From contig OX597821.1 of the NCBI GenBank assembly GCA_951406725.2, forward strand, positions 86,738,001 through 86,802,000: a stretch of 64,000 bases of DNA, read 5' to 3'. Below are positions 48,501 to 63,500 of this stretch, in pieces. The position numbers and the translations under genes were made by a program. This DNA is from Octopus vulgaris (lineage: Eukaryota). Positions within the stretch are counted from its first letter, which is position 1; each line of letters begins with the position of its first letter. Below the pieces are notes generated by a model. That model saw nothing but the letters and a program-made list of their open reading frames with translations, was not told where the DNA came from and made no database searches.

Positions 48501-51500
48501 GGCTATTTTGCCTGGCTCTTTGGTTTGCTTATTTGGGTTTGCTATTTGGTTATGCTATTTGGGTTGGCTATTTGTGTTTCCTATATGGGTTGGATAGTTG
48601 GCTTGGCTATTTGGCTTGCCTATTTGGGTTGGCTATTTGGGTTGGCTATTTGGGTTGGCTATTTGGGTTAGCTATTTGGTTTCGCTATAAGAGTAGGCTT
48701 GGCTATTTGGGTTGGCTATTTGGGTTAGCTATTTGGGTTGGCTATTTGGGTTTGCTATTTGTGTTGGCTATGTGGGTTAGCTATTTCGCTTGACTATTTG
48801 AGTTGGCTATTTGGGTTTGCTATTAGTGTTGGCTATTTAGCATAGCTATTTGGGTTTGCTATTAGTGTTGGCTATTTGGCTTAACTATTTGATTAGGCTA
48901 TTTGTGTTGGCTATATGTGTTTGCTATTTGGCTTGGCTATTCGGTTTGGCTATTTGGGTTGGCTATTTGTCTTTGCGTTTTTGTTTGGCTTTTTGACTTA
49001 CCTATATGGCTTGGCTATTTGGATTGCCTATTTGGCTTGGGTATTTTGGGTTGCTATTTGGGTTGGCTATTTGAATATGCTATTTGTGTTGGCTATTTGG
49101 CTTAGCATTTGGCTAGGAAATTTGGCTTGGCTATTTGGCTTTGCAATTTGGCTTGGCTAATTGGGTTGGCTATTTGGGTTGGCTATTTGGGTTAGCTATT
49201 TTGGTTGGTTATTTTGCTTGGTTATTTGGTTTCCTTATTTGAGTTTGCTATTTGGGTAAGCTAATTGGGTTGGCTATTTGATATTCCTATTTGGGTTGAA
49301 TAGTTGGTTTGCTTATTTGGCTAGGCTATTTGGGTTGGCTATTTTGTTTGGCTATTTGGGTTAGATATTTGGCTATTTCGGTTTGCTATTAGTGTTGGCT
49401 ATTTGGCTTAGCTATTTGGCTAGGCTATTTGGGAAGGTTATTTGGGTTGGCTATTTGGGTTAGCTATGTGAGTTGGCTATTTGGATTGGCTTTTTGTGTT
49501 GGCTATTTGGCTAGTCTCTTTGTGTTGGCTATTTGTGTTTGCTTTTTGGTTTGGCTATTTGGGTTTGCTTTTTGGCTTGGCTCTTTGTGTTGGCTATTTA
49601 GGTTGGCTATTTCGGTTGGCTGTTTGGGTTAGCTATTTGGCTTGGCTATATGTGTTGGCTATTTGGTTTTGCTATTAGTGTTGGCTATTTGGCTAGGCTA
49701 TTTGGGTTGGCTAATTGTGTTGGCTATTTGGGTTTGCTATTTTGGTTGGCTATTTGGGTTTCCTATTTGTGTTGGATAGTTGGCTTGGCTATTTGGGTTG
49801 GCTATTTGGGTTTGCTATTTGTGTTGGCTATGTGGGTTAGCTATTTCGCTTGACTATTTGAGTTGGCTATTTGGGTTTGCTATTAGTGTTGGCTATTTAG
49901 CATAGCTATTTGGTTAGGCTATTTGGGTAGGTTATTTGTGTTGGCTATTCGGGTTAGCTATTTTAGTTGGCTATTTGGATTGGCTTTTTGGGTTGGCTAT
50001 TTAGCTAGGCTATTTGTGTTGGCTATATGTGTTTGCTATTCGGGTTGGCTTTTTGGTTTGGGTTTTGGGCTTGGCTATTAGGCTTGAGTTTTCGGGTTGG
50101 CTATTTGGGTTTGCTACTTGTGTTGGCTATTTTGCCTGGCTTGAGTTTTCGGGTTGGCTATTTGGGATTGCTATTTGGGTTTGCTATTTAGGTTGGCTAT
50201 TTTTGTTTGCTATTTGTCTTGGCTATTTGGGTATACTATCTTTGTTTGCTATTTGTCTTGGATATTTGGGTTGGCTATTTGGGTTGGCTATTTTGGTTGG
50301 ATTTTTGCGATTGCTATTTGGGTTGGCTTTTATGGTTGGCTGTTTCGGTTGGCTATTTCGGTTTAAACTTTGGGTTGGCTATTTGTGTTTGCTATTTGGT
50401 TCGGCTATTTGGCTTGGCTATTTGTCTTGGCTATTTGGCTTGCCTATTTGGCTTGGGTATTTTGGTTTGCTATTTGGCTTTGCTATTTGGGTTGGCTATT
50501 TGAGTATGCTCTTTGTGTTGGCTATTTGGCTTAGCATTTGGCTAGGAAATTTGGTTTGGCTATTTGGCTTGGCTATTTGGGTGGGCTATTTGGATGGGCT
50601 ATTTGGGTGGGCTATTTGGGTTAGCTATTTGGCTTGGCTATTTGGCTTGGCTATTTTGGTTGGCTATTTGGGTTTGCTATTTGGCTTGGCTATTTTTCTT
50701 GGCTATTTGGTTTGCTTATTTGGGTTTGCTATTTGGGTAAGCTATTTGGGTTGGCTATTTGTGTTTCCTATTTGTGTTGGATAGTTGGCTTGGCTATTTG
50801 ATTGGGCTTTTTGGGTTGGCTATTTGGGTTAGCTATTTGGGTTAGCTATTTGGCTTGACTATTTGGGTTGGCTATTTGGGTTTGCTATAAGTGTTGGCTA
50901 ATTGTCCTTGCTATTTGGCTAGGCTATTCGGGTACGTTATTTGGGTTTGCTATTTGGGTATGCTATTTGGGTTGGCTATTTTGGTTTACTATTTGTCTTG
51001 CCTATTTAGGTTGGGTATTTGGATTGGCTATTTAGGTTAGCTATTTGGGTTGGCTATTTGGGTTGGCTATTTCGGTTTGCTATTAGTGTTGGTTATTTGG
51101 CTTAGCTATTTAGCTAGGCTATTTGGGTTGGCTATTTGTGTTTGCTATTTGGGTTGGCTATTTGGGTTGGATAGTTGGCTTGGCTATTTGGGTTTGCTAT
51201 TTTGGTTGGCTATTTTGCTTGGTTATTTGATTTGCATATTTGGGTTTGCTATTTGGCTAGGCTATTTGGGTTGGCTATTTGGTTTGGCTCATGGGTTAGC
51301 TATTTGGCTTGACTATTTGGGTTGGCTATTTCGGTTTGCTATTAGTGTTGGCTATTTGGGTTAGCTATTTGACTAGGCTATTTGGGTAGGTTATTTGGGT
51401 TGGCTATTTGGGTTAGCTATTTGAGTTGGCTATTTGGATTGGCTTTTTGTGTTGGCTATTTGGCTAGGCTGTTTGGGTTGGCTATTTGTGTTTGCTTTTT

Positions 51501-54500
51501 GGGTTGACTATGTGGGTTTGCTATTAGTGTTGGCTATTTGGCTAGGCTATTTAGGTAGGTTAGTTGGGTCGGCTTTTTTGGTTAGCTATTTGAGTTGGCT
51601 ATTTGGATTAGTTTTTGGGTCGGCTTTTTGGGTTAGCTATTTGATTGGCTATTTGGGTTTGCTATTTGGCTTGGCTATTTGGGTTGGCTATTTGGGTTGG
51701 CTATTTGGGTTATCTATTTGGCTTGACAATATGGTTTGACTATTTGGGTTTGCTTATATTGTTGGCTATTTGGCTTAGGTATGTGGCTAGGTTATTTGGG
51801 TTGGTTATTTTTGTTTGCTACTTGGGCTGGCTACTTGCGTTGGATATTTGGATTTGCTATTTGGGTTTGCTATTTGGGTTGGCTATTTGTGTTTCCTATT
51901 TGGGTTGGATAGTTACCTGGGCTATTTAGGTTGGCTATTTGGTTTGGCTACTTGGGTTGGCTATTTGGTTTAGGTATTTGGCATGACTATTTGGCTTGGG
52001 TATTTGGTTTTGCTATATGGGTTGGCTATTTGTTTGCTTTTTGGTTTGGCTATTTGGCTTGCCTATATGGCTTGGCTATTTGCCTTGCCTATTTGGCTTG
52101 GGTAATTTGGGTTGCTTTTTGGCTTGGCTATTTGGGTTGGTTATTTGAGTATGCTATTTGTGTTGGCTATTTGGTTTAGCATTTGGCGACGAAATTTGGC
52201 TTGGCTATTTGGCTTGGCTAATTGGGAGGGCTATTTGTGTTGGCTATGTGGGTTAGCTATTTGGCTGGGATATTTGGCTTGGCTATTTTGGTTGGCTATT
52301 TGAGATTTTCTATTTTGGTTGACTATTTTGCCTGGCTCTTTGGTTTGCTTATTTGGGTTTGCTATTTGGTTATGCTATTTGGGTTGGCTATTTGTGTTTA
52401 TTTGTGTTGGATAGTTGGCTTGGCTATTTGGCTTGCCTATTTGGGTTGGCTATTTGTGTTGGCTATTTGGGTTGGCTATTTGGGTTAGCTATTTGGTTTC
52501 GCTATAAGAGTAGGCTATTTGGGTTTGCTATTAGTGTTGGCTATTTGGCTTAACTATTTGGCTAGGCTATTTGTGTTGGCTATATGTGTTTGCTATTTGG
52601 GTTGCCTATTTGGGTTTGCCTTTTGGCTTGGCTATTTGGCTTGTCTTTTCGGGTTGGCTATTTGGGTTTGCTATTTGGGTTGGCTATTTTGCTTGGCTAT
52701 TTGGTTTGCTCTTTTGGGATTGCTATTTGGGTATGCTATTTAGGTTGGCTATTTTGGTTTGCTATTTGGCTTGACTTTTTGGGTTGGCTATTTGGGTATG
52801 CTATTTGAGTTGGCTATTTTGGTTTGCTTTTTGGCTTGGCTATTTGGGTATACTATCTTTGTTGGCTATTTGGGTTGGCTATTTGGGTTGTCTATTTGGC
52901 TTGGCTATTTCGGTTGACTGTTTTGGGTGGCTATTTGGGTTTACTCTTTGGCTTGACTATTTGGGTTGTCTATTTGGGTTGGCTATTTGCGTGTGCCTTT
53001 TGGGATGGCTATTTGGCTTAGCTATTTGGCTAAGTTTTTTTGGGTTGGCTATTTGGGTTAGCTATATGAGTTGGCTCTTTGGATTTGCTTTTTGGGTTCT
53101 CTACTTGGCTAGGCTATTTAGGTTGGCTATTTGTGTTTGCTGTTTGGGTTTGCTATTTTGGTTTGCAATTTGGCTTGGCTATTTGGCTTTGCTATTTGGG
53201 TTTGCTATTAGTGTTTACTTTTTGGCTTGGCTATTCGGCTCGGCTTTTTGGGTTGGCTATTTGGGTTTGCTATTTGGGTTGCCTATTTGTGTTGGTTATT
53301 TGGGTTAGCTATTTGGGTTAGCTATTGTGTTTGCCATTTGGCTTGGCTATTTGGTATGGCTATTTGTGTTTGCTATTTGGCGTGGCAATTGGGCTCGGCT
53401 TTTTGTGTTGGCTATTTGGGCTCGGCTTTTTGTGTTGGCTATTTGGCTTGGCTATTTGTGTTGGCTATTTGTGTTTGCTTTTTGGTTTGGCTCTTTGGCT
53501 TGCCTATATGGCTTGGCTATTTGGGTAAGCAATTTTGGTTGGCTATTTTGCTTGGTTATTTGGTTTGCATATTTGGGTTTGCTATTTGGCTAGGCTATTT
53601 GGGTTGGCTATTTGGTTTGGCTATTTGGGTTAGCTTTTTGGCTTGACTATTTGGGTTGGCTATTTCGGTTTGCTATTAGTGTTGGCTATTTGGCTTAGCT
53701 ATTTGACTAGGCTATTTGGGTAGGTTATTTGGGTTGGCTATTTGGGTTAGCTATTTGAGTTGGCTATTTGGCTAGGCTATTTGTGTTGGCTATTTGGCTA
53801 GGCTCTTTGGGTTGGCTATTTGTGTTTGCTTTTTGGGTTGGCTATGTGTGTTTGCTATTAGTGTTGGCTCTTTGGCTTAGCTATTTGGCTAGGCTATTTA
53901 GGTAGGTTATTAGGGTCGGCTTTTTTGGTTAGCTATTTGAGTTGGCTATTTGGATTAGCTTTTTGGGTTGGCTATTTGGCTAGGCTATTTTAGTTGGCTA
54001 TTTGGGATTGCTATTTGGCTTGGCTATTTGGGTTGGCTTTTTGGGTTAGCTATTTGGCTTGACAATATGGGCTGGCTATTTGGGTTTGCTTATAGTGTTG
54101 GCTATTTGGCTTAGGTATTTGGCTAGGTTATTTGGGTTGGCTATTTGAGTTTGCTACTTGGGTTGTCTACTTGCGTTGGCTATTTGGATTTGCTATTTGG
54201 GTTTGCTATTTAGGTCGGCTATTTGTGTTTCCTATTTGGGTTGGATAGTTACCTAGGCTATTTAGGTTGGCTATATGGTTTGGTTACTTGGGTTGGCTAT
54301 TTGGTTTAGCTATTTGGCATGACAATTTGGGTTGGCTATTTGGTTTTGCTATTTGGGTTGGCTTTTGGGTTGGCTATTTGTGTTTGCTTTTTGGTTTGGC
54401 TATTTGGCTTGCCTATATGGCTTGGCTATTTGGCTTGCCTATTTGGCTTGGGTATTTTGGTTTGCTGTTTGGCTTGGCTATTTGGGTTGGCTATTTGAGT

Positions 54501-57500
54501 ATGCTATTTGTGTTGGCTATTTGGTTTAGCATTTGGCTACGAAATTTGGCTTGGCTATTTGGCATGGCTTTTTGGCTTGGCTAATTGGGAGGACTATTTG
54601 TGTTGGCTATTTGGGTTAGCTATTTGGCTTGGCTATTTGGCTTGGCTATTTTGATTGGCTATTTGAGTTTTTCTATTTTAGTTGGCTATTTTGCCTGGCT
54701 CTTTGGTTTGCCTATTTGGGTTTTCTATTTGGTTATGCTATTTGGGTTGGCTATTTGTGTTTCCTATATGGGTTGGATAGTTGGCTTGGCTATTTGGCTT
54801 GCCTATTTGGGTTGGCTATTTGGTTTGGCTATTTGGGTTAGCAATTTGAGTTGGCTATTTGGATTTGCTTTTTTGGTTGGCTATTTGGCTAGGCTATTTG
54901 GGTTCGCTATTTGTGTTTCCTATTTGTGTTGGATAGTTGGCTTGGCTATATGGCTAGGCTATTTGGGTTGGCTATTTGGTTATGCTATTTGGGTTGGCTA
55001 TTTGTGTTTCCTATATGGGTTGGATAGTTGGCTTGGCTATTTGGCTTGCCTATTTGGGTTGACTATTTGGGTTGGCTATTTGGGTTAGCTATTTGAGTTG
55101 GCTATTTGGATTTGCTTTTTGGGTTGGCTATTTGCCTAGGCTATTTGGGTTCGCTATTTTTGTTTCCTATTTGTGTTGGATAGTTGGCTTGGCTATATGG
55201 CTAGGCTATTTGGGTTGGCTATTTGTGTTAGATATTTGGCGTGACTATTTGCGTTGGCTATTTGGGTTTGCTTTTAGTGTTGGCTATTTGGCTTAGCCAT
55301 TTGGCTAGGCTATTTGGGTAGGTTATTTGGGTTGGCTATTTGGGTTAGCTATTTGAGTTGGCTATTTGGCTTGGCTTTTTGTGTTGGCTATGTGGCTCAG
55401 CTATTTGGGCTGGCTTTTTGGCTTAGCTATTTGGCTAGGCTATTTGGGTAGGTTATTTGGGTTGGCTTTTTGGGTTAGCTTTTTGAGTTGGCTGTTTGTA
55501 TTGGAATTTTGGGTTGGCTATTTGGCTAGGCTATTTGGGTTGGCTATTTGTGTTTGCTTTTTAGGTTCGCTATTGGGCTTAGTTATTTGGCTAGGCTATT
55601 CGGGTTGGCTATTTGTGTATGCTATTTGTGTTGGCTATATGGGTTGGCTATTTGTGTTTTCTATTAGGGTTGGCTTTTATGGTTGGCTGTTTCGGATGGC
55701 TATTTGGGTTTACTCTTTGGCTTGACTATTTGGCTTGTCTATTTGGGTTGGCTTTTTGCGTTTGCATTTTGGGATGGCTATTTGGTTTAGCTATTTGGCT
55801 ATTTTTTTTTCGGTTGGCTATTTATGTTGGCTATTTGAGTTGGATCCTTGGATTTGCTTTTTGGGTTGACTATTTGGCTAGGCTATTTGGATTGGCTATT
55901 TGTGTTTGCTGTTTGGGTTGGCTATTTGGCTTGGCTATTTGGGTTTCCTATTAGTGTTTGCTAATTGGATTGGCTATTCGGCTCGGCTTTTTGTGTTGGC
56001 TATTTGGGTTGGCTATTTGGGTTTGCTATTTGGGTTGGCTATTTGGGTTGGCTATTTGGGTTGGCTATTCGTGTTTGTTATTTGGTTTGGCTATTTGGCT
56101 AGGCTATTTAGGTAGGTTATTTGGCTATTTGGCTAGGCTATTTAGGTAGGTTATTTGGGTTGGCTATTTCGGTTAGCTGTTTTAGTTGGCTATTTGGATT
56201 GGCTTTTTGGGTTGGCTATTTGGCTAAGCTATTTGGGTTGGCTATATGTGTTTGTTATTCGGGTTGGCTATATGTGTTTGCTATTTGGCTTGGCTTTTCG
56301 GGTTGGCTATTTGGGTTTGCTATTTGGGTTGGCTATTTTGCTTGGCTATTTGTTTTGCTTTTTTGTGATTGCTATTTGGGTTTGCTGTTTAGGTTGGCTA
56401 TTTTGGTTTGCTATTTGGCTTCGCTATTTGGGTTGGCTATTTGGGTATACTATCTTGGCTATTTGGGTTTGCTATTTGGGTTGCCTATTTGGTTTGGCTA
56501 TTTGTGTTAGCTATTTGGGTTGGCTATTTGGGTTGGCTAATTCGGTTTGCTATTAGTGTTGGTTATTTGGCTTAGCTATTTGGCTAGGCTATTTGTGTTG
56601 CCTATTTGTGTTTGCTATTTGGGTTGGGTATTTGGTTTGGCTATTTGGGTTTGCTATTTGGGTTGGCTTTTATGGTTGGCTCTTTCGGTTGGCTAATTGG
56701 GTTTACTCTTTGGCTTGACTATTTGGCCTGTCTATTTGGGTTGGCTATTTGCGTGTGCATTTTGTGATGGCTATTTGGCTTAGCTATTTGGCTAGGTTTT
56801 TTTCGGTTGGCTATTTGTGTTAGCTAATTGAGTTGGCTCTTTGGATTTGCTTTCTGGGTTCACTATTTTGCTAGGCTATTTGGGTTGGCTATTTGTGTTT
56901 GCTGTTTGGGTTGGCTATTTTGGTTTGCTATTTGGCTTGGCTATTCGGCTTGGCTATTTGGGTTTGCTATTAGTGTTTGCTATTTGGCTTGGCTATTCGG
57001 CTCGGCTTTTTGGGTTGGCTTTTGGGTTGGCTATTTGGGTTTGCTATTTGGGTTGGCTATTTGGGTTGGCTATTTGGGTTGGCTATTTGTGTTTGCTATT
57101 TGGTTTGGCTTTTTGGCTTGGCTATTTGGCTTGGGTATTTTGGTTTGCTATTTTGCTTTGCTATTTGGGTTGGCTATTTGATTATGCTCTTTGTGTTGGA
57201 TATTTGGGTAGGAAATTTGGTTTGGCTATTTAACTTGGCTTTGGGTGGGCTATTTGGGTGGGCTATTTGGGTTCGGTATTTGGCTTTTCTATTTGGCTTG
57301 GCTATTTTGGTTGGCTATTTGGGTTTGCTATTTGGCTTGGCTATTTTGCTTGGCTATTTGGTTTGCTTATTTGGGTTTGCTATTTGGGTATGCTATTTGG
57401 GTTGGCTATTTGTGTTTCCTATTTGTGTTGGATAGTTGGCTTGGCTATTTGATTGAGCTTTTTAGGTTTGCTATTTGGGTTAGCTATTTGAGTTAGCTAT

Positions 57501-60500
57501 TTGGCTTGGCTATTTGGGTTGGCTATTTGGGTTTGCTATTTGTTTTGGCTATTTGGCTTAGCTATTTGACTATGCTATTCGGGTACGTTATTTGGGTTGG
57601 CTATTTGGGTATGCTATTTGGGTTGGCTATTTTGGTTTGCTATTTGGCTTGGCTATTTGGGTTGGCTATTTGGGTATACTATCTTTGTTGGCTATTTGGC
57701 TTAGCTATTTGTCTTGGCTATTTGGGTTGGCTATTTGGATTGGCTATTTAGGTTAGCTATTTGGGTTGGCTATTTGGGTTGGCTATTTTGGTTTGCTATT
57801 AGTGTTGTTTATTTGGCTTAGCTATTTAGCTAGGCTATTTGGGTTGGCTATTTGTGTTTGCTATTTGGGTTGGGTATTTGGGTTGGCTATTTGGGTTTGC
57901 TATATGGGTTTGCTATTTGGGTTGTCTATTTGTGTTTCCTATTTGGGTTGGATAGTTGGCTTGGCTATTTGGGTCGGCTATTTGGGTTGGCTATTTGATT
58001 TAGCTATTTGGTTTGACTATGGGGTTGGCTATTTAGGTTTGCAATTAGTGTTGGTTATTTGGCTTAGCTATTTGGCTAGGCTCTTTGGGTAAGTTATTTG
58101 GGTTGGCTATTTGGGTTAGCTGTTTGTGTTGGCTTTTTGGATTGGCTTGTTGGGTTTGGCTATTTTGGCTAAGCTATTTGGGTTGGCTATATGTGTTTGC
58201 TTTTCGGGTGGGCTATTTGGGTTTGCTATTTGGGTTGGCTATTCTGCTTGGCTATTTGGTTTGCTTTTTTGGGATTGCTATTTGGGTATGCTATTTAGGT
58301 TGGCTATTTTGGTTTGCTATTTGGCTTGACTTTTTGGGTTGGCTATTTGGGTATGCTATTTGGGTTGGCTATTTTGGTTTTACTATTTGGCTTCGCTATT
58401 TGGGTTGGCTTTTTGGGTATACTATCTTTGTTGTCTATTTGGCTTAGCTATTTGTCTTGGCTATTTGGGTTGGGTATTTAGATTGGCTATTTAGGATAGT
58501 TATTTGGGTTGGCTATTTGGGTTGGCTATTTCGGTTTGCTATTAGTGTTGGTTATTTGGTTTAGCTATTTGGCTAGTCTATTTGTGTTGGCTATTTCTGT
58601 TTGCTATTTTGGTTGGCTATTTGGGTTGGCTTTTTGGGTTGGCTATTTGGGTTTGCTATTTGGGTTTGCTTTTATAGTTGGCTATTTGGCTTGTCTATTT
58701 GGGTTGGCTATTTGCGTGTGCTTTTTGGGATGGCTATTTGGCTTAGCTATTTGGCTAGGTTTTTTTCGGTTGTTTATTTGGGTTAGCCATTTGAGTTGGC
58801 TCTTTGCATTTGCTTTTTGGGTTGGCTATTTTGGTTTGCTTGACTATTTGGGTTGGCTATTTGTGTTTGCTGTTTGGGTTGGCTATTTGGGTTAGCTATT
58901 TGGCTTGACTATTTGGGTTGGCTATTTGGGTTTGCTATTAGTGTTGGCTATTTGGCTTAGCTATTTGCCTAGGCTATTTGGGTAGGTTATTTGGGTTGGC
59001 TATTTGAGTTGGCTATTTGGATTGGCTTTTTGGGTTGGCTATTTGGCTAGGCTCTTTGCGTTGGCTATTTGTGTTTGCTATTTGGGTCGGCTATTTGGGT
59101 TTTCTTTTTGGGTTGGCTATTTGGGTTGGCTATTTGGGTTGGCTATTTGGGTTAGCTATTTGGTTTCCCTATATGAGTAGGCTATTTGGGTTTGCTATTA
59201 GTGTTGGCTATTTGGCTTAGCTATTTGGCTAGGCTATGTGCGTTGGCTATATGTGTTTGCTATTTGGGTTGGCTATTTGGGTTTGCTTTTTGGCTTGGCT
59301 ATTTGGCTTGGCTTTTCGGGTTGGCTATTTGGGTTTGCTATTTGGGTTGGCTATTTTGCTTGGCTATTTGGTTTTCTTTTTGGGGATTGCTATTTGGGTA
59401 TGCTATTTAGGTTGGCTATTTTGGTTTGCTATTTGGCCTGACTTTTTGGGTTGGCTATTTGGGGATGTTATTTGGGTTGGCTATTTTGGTTTGCTTTTTG
59501 GCTTGGCTATTTGCGTTGGCTATTTGGGTTGGCTATTTGGGAATACTATCTTTCTTGGCTATTTGGCTTGGCTATTTGGGTTGGCAATTTGGGTTTGCTA
59601 TTTGGGTTGGCTTTTATTGTTGGCTATTTGGTTTGCCTATTTGGGTTGTCTATTTGGGTTGTCTATTTGGCTTGGCTATTTGGGTTGGCTGTTTTGGGTG
59701 GCTATTTGGGTTTACTCTTTGGCTTGACTATTTGGCTTGTCTATTTGGGTTGGCTATTTGCCTGTGCCTTTTGGGATGGCTCTTTGGCTTAGCTATTTGG
59801 CTAAGTTTTTTTGGGTTGGCTATTTGGGTTAGCTATTTGAGTTGGCTCTTTGGATTTGCATTTTGGGTTGACTATTTGGCTAGGCTATTTAGGTTGGCTA
59901 TTTGCGTTTGCTGTTTGGGTTTGCTATTTTGGTTTGCTATTTGGCTTGTCTATTTGGGTTTGCTATTAGTGTTTGCTATTTGGCTTGGCTATTCGGCTCG
60001 GCTTTTTGGGTTGGCTATTTTGGTTTGCTATTTGGCTTGGCTATTTGGGTTGGCTATTTGGGTTGGCTATTTGTGTTTGCTATTTGGTTTGGCTAATTGG
60101 TTTGCCTTTTTGGCTTGGCTATTTGCCTTGGGTATTTTGGTTTGCTATGTGGCTTGGCTATTTGGGTTGGCTATTTTGGTTAGCTATTTGAGTTGGCTAT
60201 TTGGATTGGCTTTTTGGGTTGGCTATTTGGCTAGGCCATTTGGGTTGGCTATTTGTGTTTCCTATTTGGGTTGGATAGTTGGGTTGGCTATTTGGGTTGG
60301 CTATTTGGGCTGGCTATTTGGGTTGGCTATTTCGGTTAGCTATTTGGCTTGACTATTTGCGTTGGCTATTTGGGTTGGCTATATGGGTTAGCTATTTGAG
60401 TTGGCTGTTTGGATTTGCTTTTTGGGTTGGCTATTTTGCTAGTCTATTTGGGTTCGCTATTTGTGCTTCCTATTTGTGTTGGATAGTTGGCTTGGCTATA

Positions 60501-63500
60501 TGGCTAGGCTATTTGTGTTGGCTATTCGTGTTGGCTATTTGGGTTAGATATTTGGCGTGACTATTTGCGTTGGCTATTTGGGTTTGCTTTTAGTGTTGGC
60601 TATTTGGCTTAGCTATTTGGCTAGGCTATTTGTGTAGGTTATTTAGGTTGGCTTTTTGGGTTAGCTATTTAGTTGGCTTTTTGGATTGGCTTTTTGGGTT
60701 GGCTTTTTGACTAGGCTATTTGGGTTGGCTATATGTGTTTGCTATTTGGGTTGGCTATTTGGGCTTCCTTTTTGGGTTGGCTATTTGGCTATTTGCTTTT
60801 TGGCTTGGCTATTTGGCCTGGTTTTTGCTATATTTGGCTTGGTCTTTTCGCTTGGCTATTTGGGTTGGCTATTTGTGTTTGCTATTTGGGTTGGCTATTT
60901 GTGTTGGCTATTTCTGTTTGCTATTTAGGTTGGCTATTTGGGTTGGCTTTTTGGGTTGGCTATTTGGGTTTGCTATTTGGGTTGGCTTTTATAGTTGGCT
61001 ATTTGGCTTGTCTATTTGGGTTGGCTATTTGCGAGTGCTTTTTGGGTTGGCTATTTGACTTAGCTATTTGGCTAGGTTTTTTTCGGTTGGATATTTGGGG
61101 TAGCCATTTGAGTTGGCTCTTTGGATTTGCTTTTTGGGTTGGCTATTTTGGTTTGCTAGGCTATTTGGGTTGGCTATTTGTGTTTGCTGTTTGGGTTGGC
61201 TATTTGGGTTAGCTATTTGGCTTGACTATTTGGGTTGGCTATTTGGGTTTGCTATTAGTGTTGGCTTAGCTATTTGCCTAGGCTATTTAGGTAGGTTATT
61301 TGGGTTGGCTATTTGAGTTGGCTATTTGGATTGGCTTTTTGGGTTGGCTATTTGGCTAGGCTCTTTGCGTTGGCTATTTGTGTTTGCTATTTGGGTCGGC
61401 TATTTGGGTTTGCTTTTTGGCTTGGCTATTTGGGTTGGCTATTTGGGTTGGCTATTTGGATTGGCTATATGTGTTTGCTATTTGGGTTGGCTATTTGGGT
61501 TTGCTTTTTGGCTTGGGTATTTGGCTTGTCTTTTCGGGTTGGCTATTTGGGTTTGCTATTTGGGTTGGCTATTTTGCTTGGCTATTTGGTTTTCTTTTTT
61601 GGGATCGCTATTTGGGTATGCTATTTAGGTTGGCTATTTTGGTTTGCTATTTGGCTTGACTTTTTGGGTTGGCTATTTGGGTATGTTATTTGGGTTGGCT
61701 ATTTTGGTTTGCTATTTGGCTTGGCTATTTGTGTTGGCTATTTGGGTTGGCTATTTGGGTATACTATTTTTCTTGGCTATTTGGCTTGGCTATTTGGGTT
61801 GGCAATGTGGGTTTGCTATTTGGGTTGGCTTTTATTGTTGGCTATTTGGTTTGCCTATTTGGGTTGTCTATTTGGGTTGTCTATTTGGCTTGGCTATTTG
61901 GGTTGGCTGTTTTGGGTGGCTATTTGGGTTTACTCTTTGGCTTGACTATTTGGCTTGTCTATTTGGGTTGGCTATTTGCCTGTGCCTTTTGGGATGGCTA
62001 TTTGGCTTAGCTATTTGGCTAAGTTTTTTTGGGTTGGCTATTTGGGTTAGCTATTTGAGTTGGCTCTTTGGATTTGCATTTTGGGTTGACTATTTGGCTA
62101 GCAATTTAGGTTGGCTATTTGTGTTTGCTGTTTGGGTTTGCTATTTTGGTTTGCTATTTGGCTTGTCTATTTGGGTTTGCTATTAGTGTTTGCTATTTGG
62201 CTTGGCTATTCGGCTCGGCTTTTTGGGTTGGCTATTTGGGTTTGCTATTTGGCTTGGCTATTTGGGTTTGCTATTTGTGTTGGCTAATTGATTTGCCTTT
62301 TTGGCTTGGCTATTTGGCTTGGGTATCTTGGTTTGCTCTGTGGCTTGGCTATTTGGGTTGCCTATTTTGGTTAGCTATTTGAGTTGGCTATTTGGATTGG
62401 CTTTTTGGGTTGGCTCTTTGGCTAGGCCATTTGGGTTGGCTATTTGTGTTTGCTTTTTGGGTTGGCTCTTTGTGTTTGCTTTTTGGGTTGGCTATTTGTG
62501 TTTCCTATTTGGGTTGGATAGTTGGCTTGGCTATTTGGCGAGGCTATTTGGGTTGGCTTTTTGGGTTGGCTATTTTGGTTGGCTATTTGGGTTAGCTATT
62601 TGGCTTGACTATTTGCGTTGGCTATTTGGGTTGGCTATATGGGTTAGCTATTTGAGTTGGCTATTTGGATTTGCCTTTTGGGTTGGCTATTTGGCTAGGC
62701 TATTTGGGTTCGCTATTTGTGCTTCCTATTTGTGTTAGATAGTTGGCTTGTCTATATTGCTAGGCTATTTGTGTTGGCTATTTGGGTTGGCTATTTGGGT
62801 TAGATATTTGGCGTGACTATTTGCGTTGGCTATTTGGGTTTGCATTTAGTGTTGGCTATTTGGCTTAGCTATTTGGCTTAGCTATTTGGCTAGGCTATTT
62901 GTGTAGGTTATTTTGGATTGGCTTTTTGGGTTTGCTTTTTGACTAGGCTATTTGGGTTGGCTATATGTGTTTGCTATTTGGGTTTGCTCTTTGGTTTGGC
63001 TATTTGGCTTTGCTATTTGGGTTGGCTATTTGGGCTTCCTTTTTGGGTTGGCTATTTGGCTATTTGCTATTTGGCTTGGCTTTTTGCCTAGTCTATTTGG
63101 CTTGGTCTTTTCGCTTGGCTATTTGGGTTGGCTATTTGTGTTTGCTATTTGGGTTGGCTATTTGTGTTTCCTATTTTGTTTGGATAGTTGGCTTGGCTAT
63201 TTGGTTAGGCTATTTGGGTTGGCTTTTTGGGTTGGCTATTTGGGTTAGCTATTTGGCTTGACTATTTGGGTTCGCTATTTGGGTTTGCTATTAGTGTTAG
63301 CTATTTGGCTTAGCTATTTGACTAGGCTATTTGGGTAGGTTATTTAGGTTGGCTATTTGGGTTTGCTATTTGAGTTGGCTATTTGGATTGGCTTTTTGGG
63401 GGTTTGCTATTTGTCTAGGCTCTTTGGGATGGCTATTTGTGTTTGCTATTTGGGTTGGCTATTTTGGTTTGCTTTTTGGATTGGCTATTTGGCTTGGCTA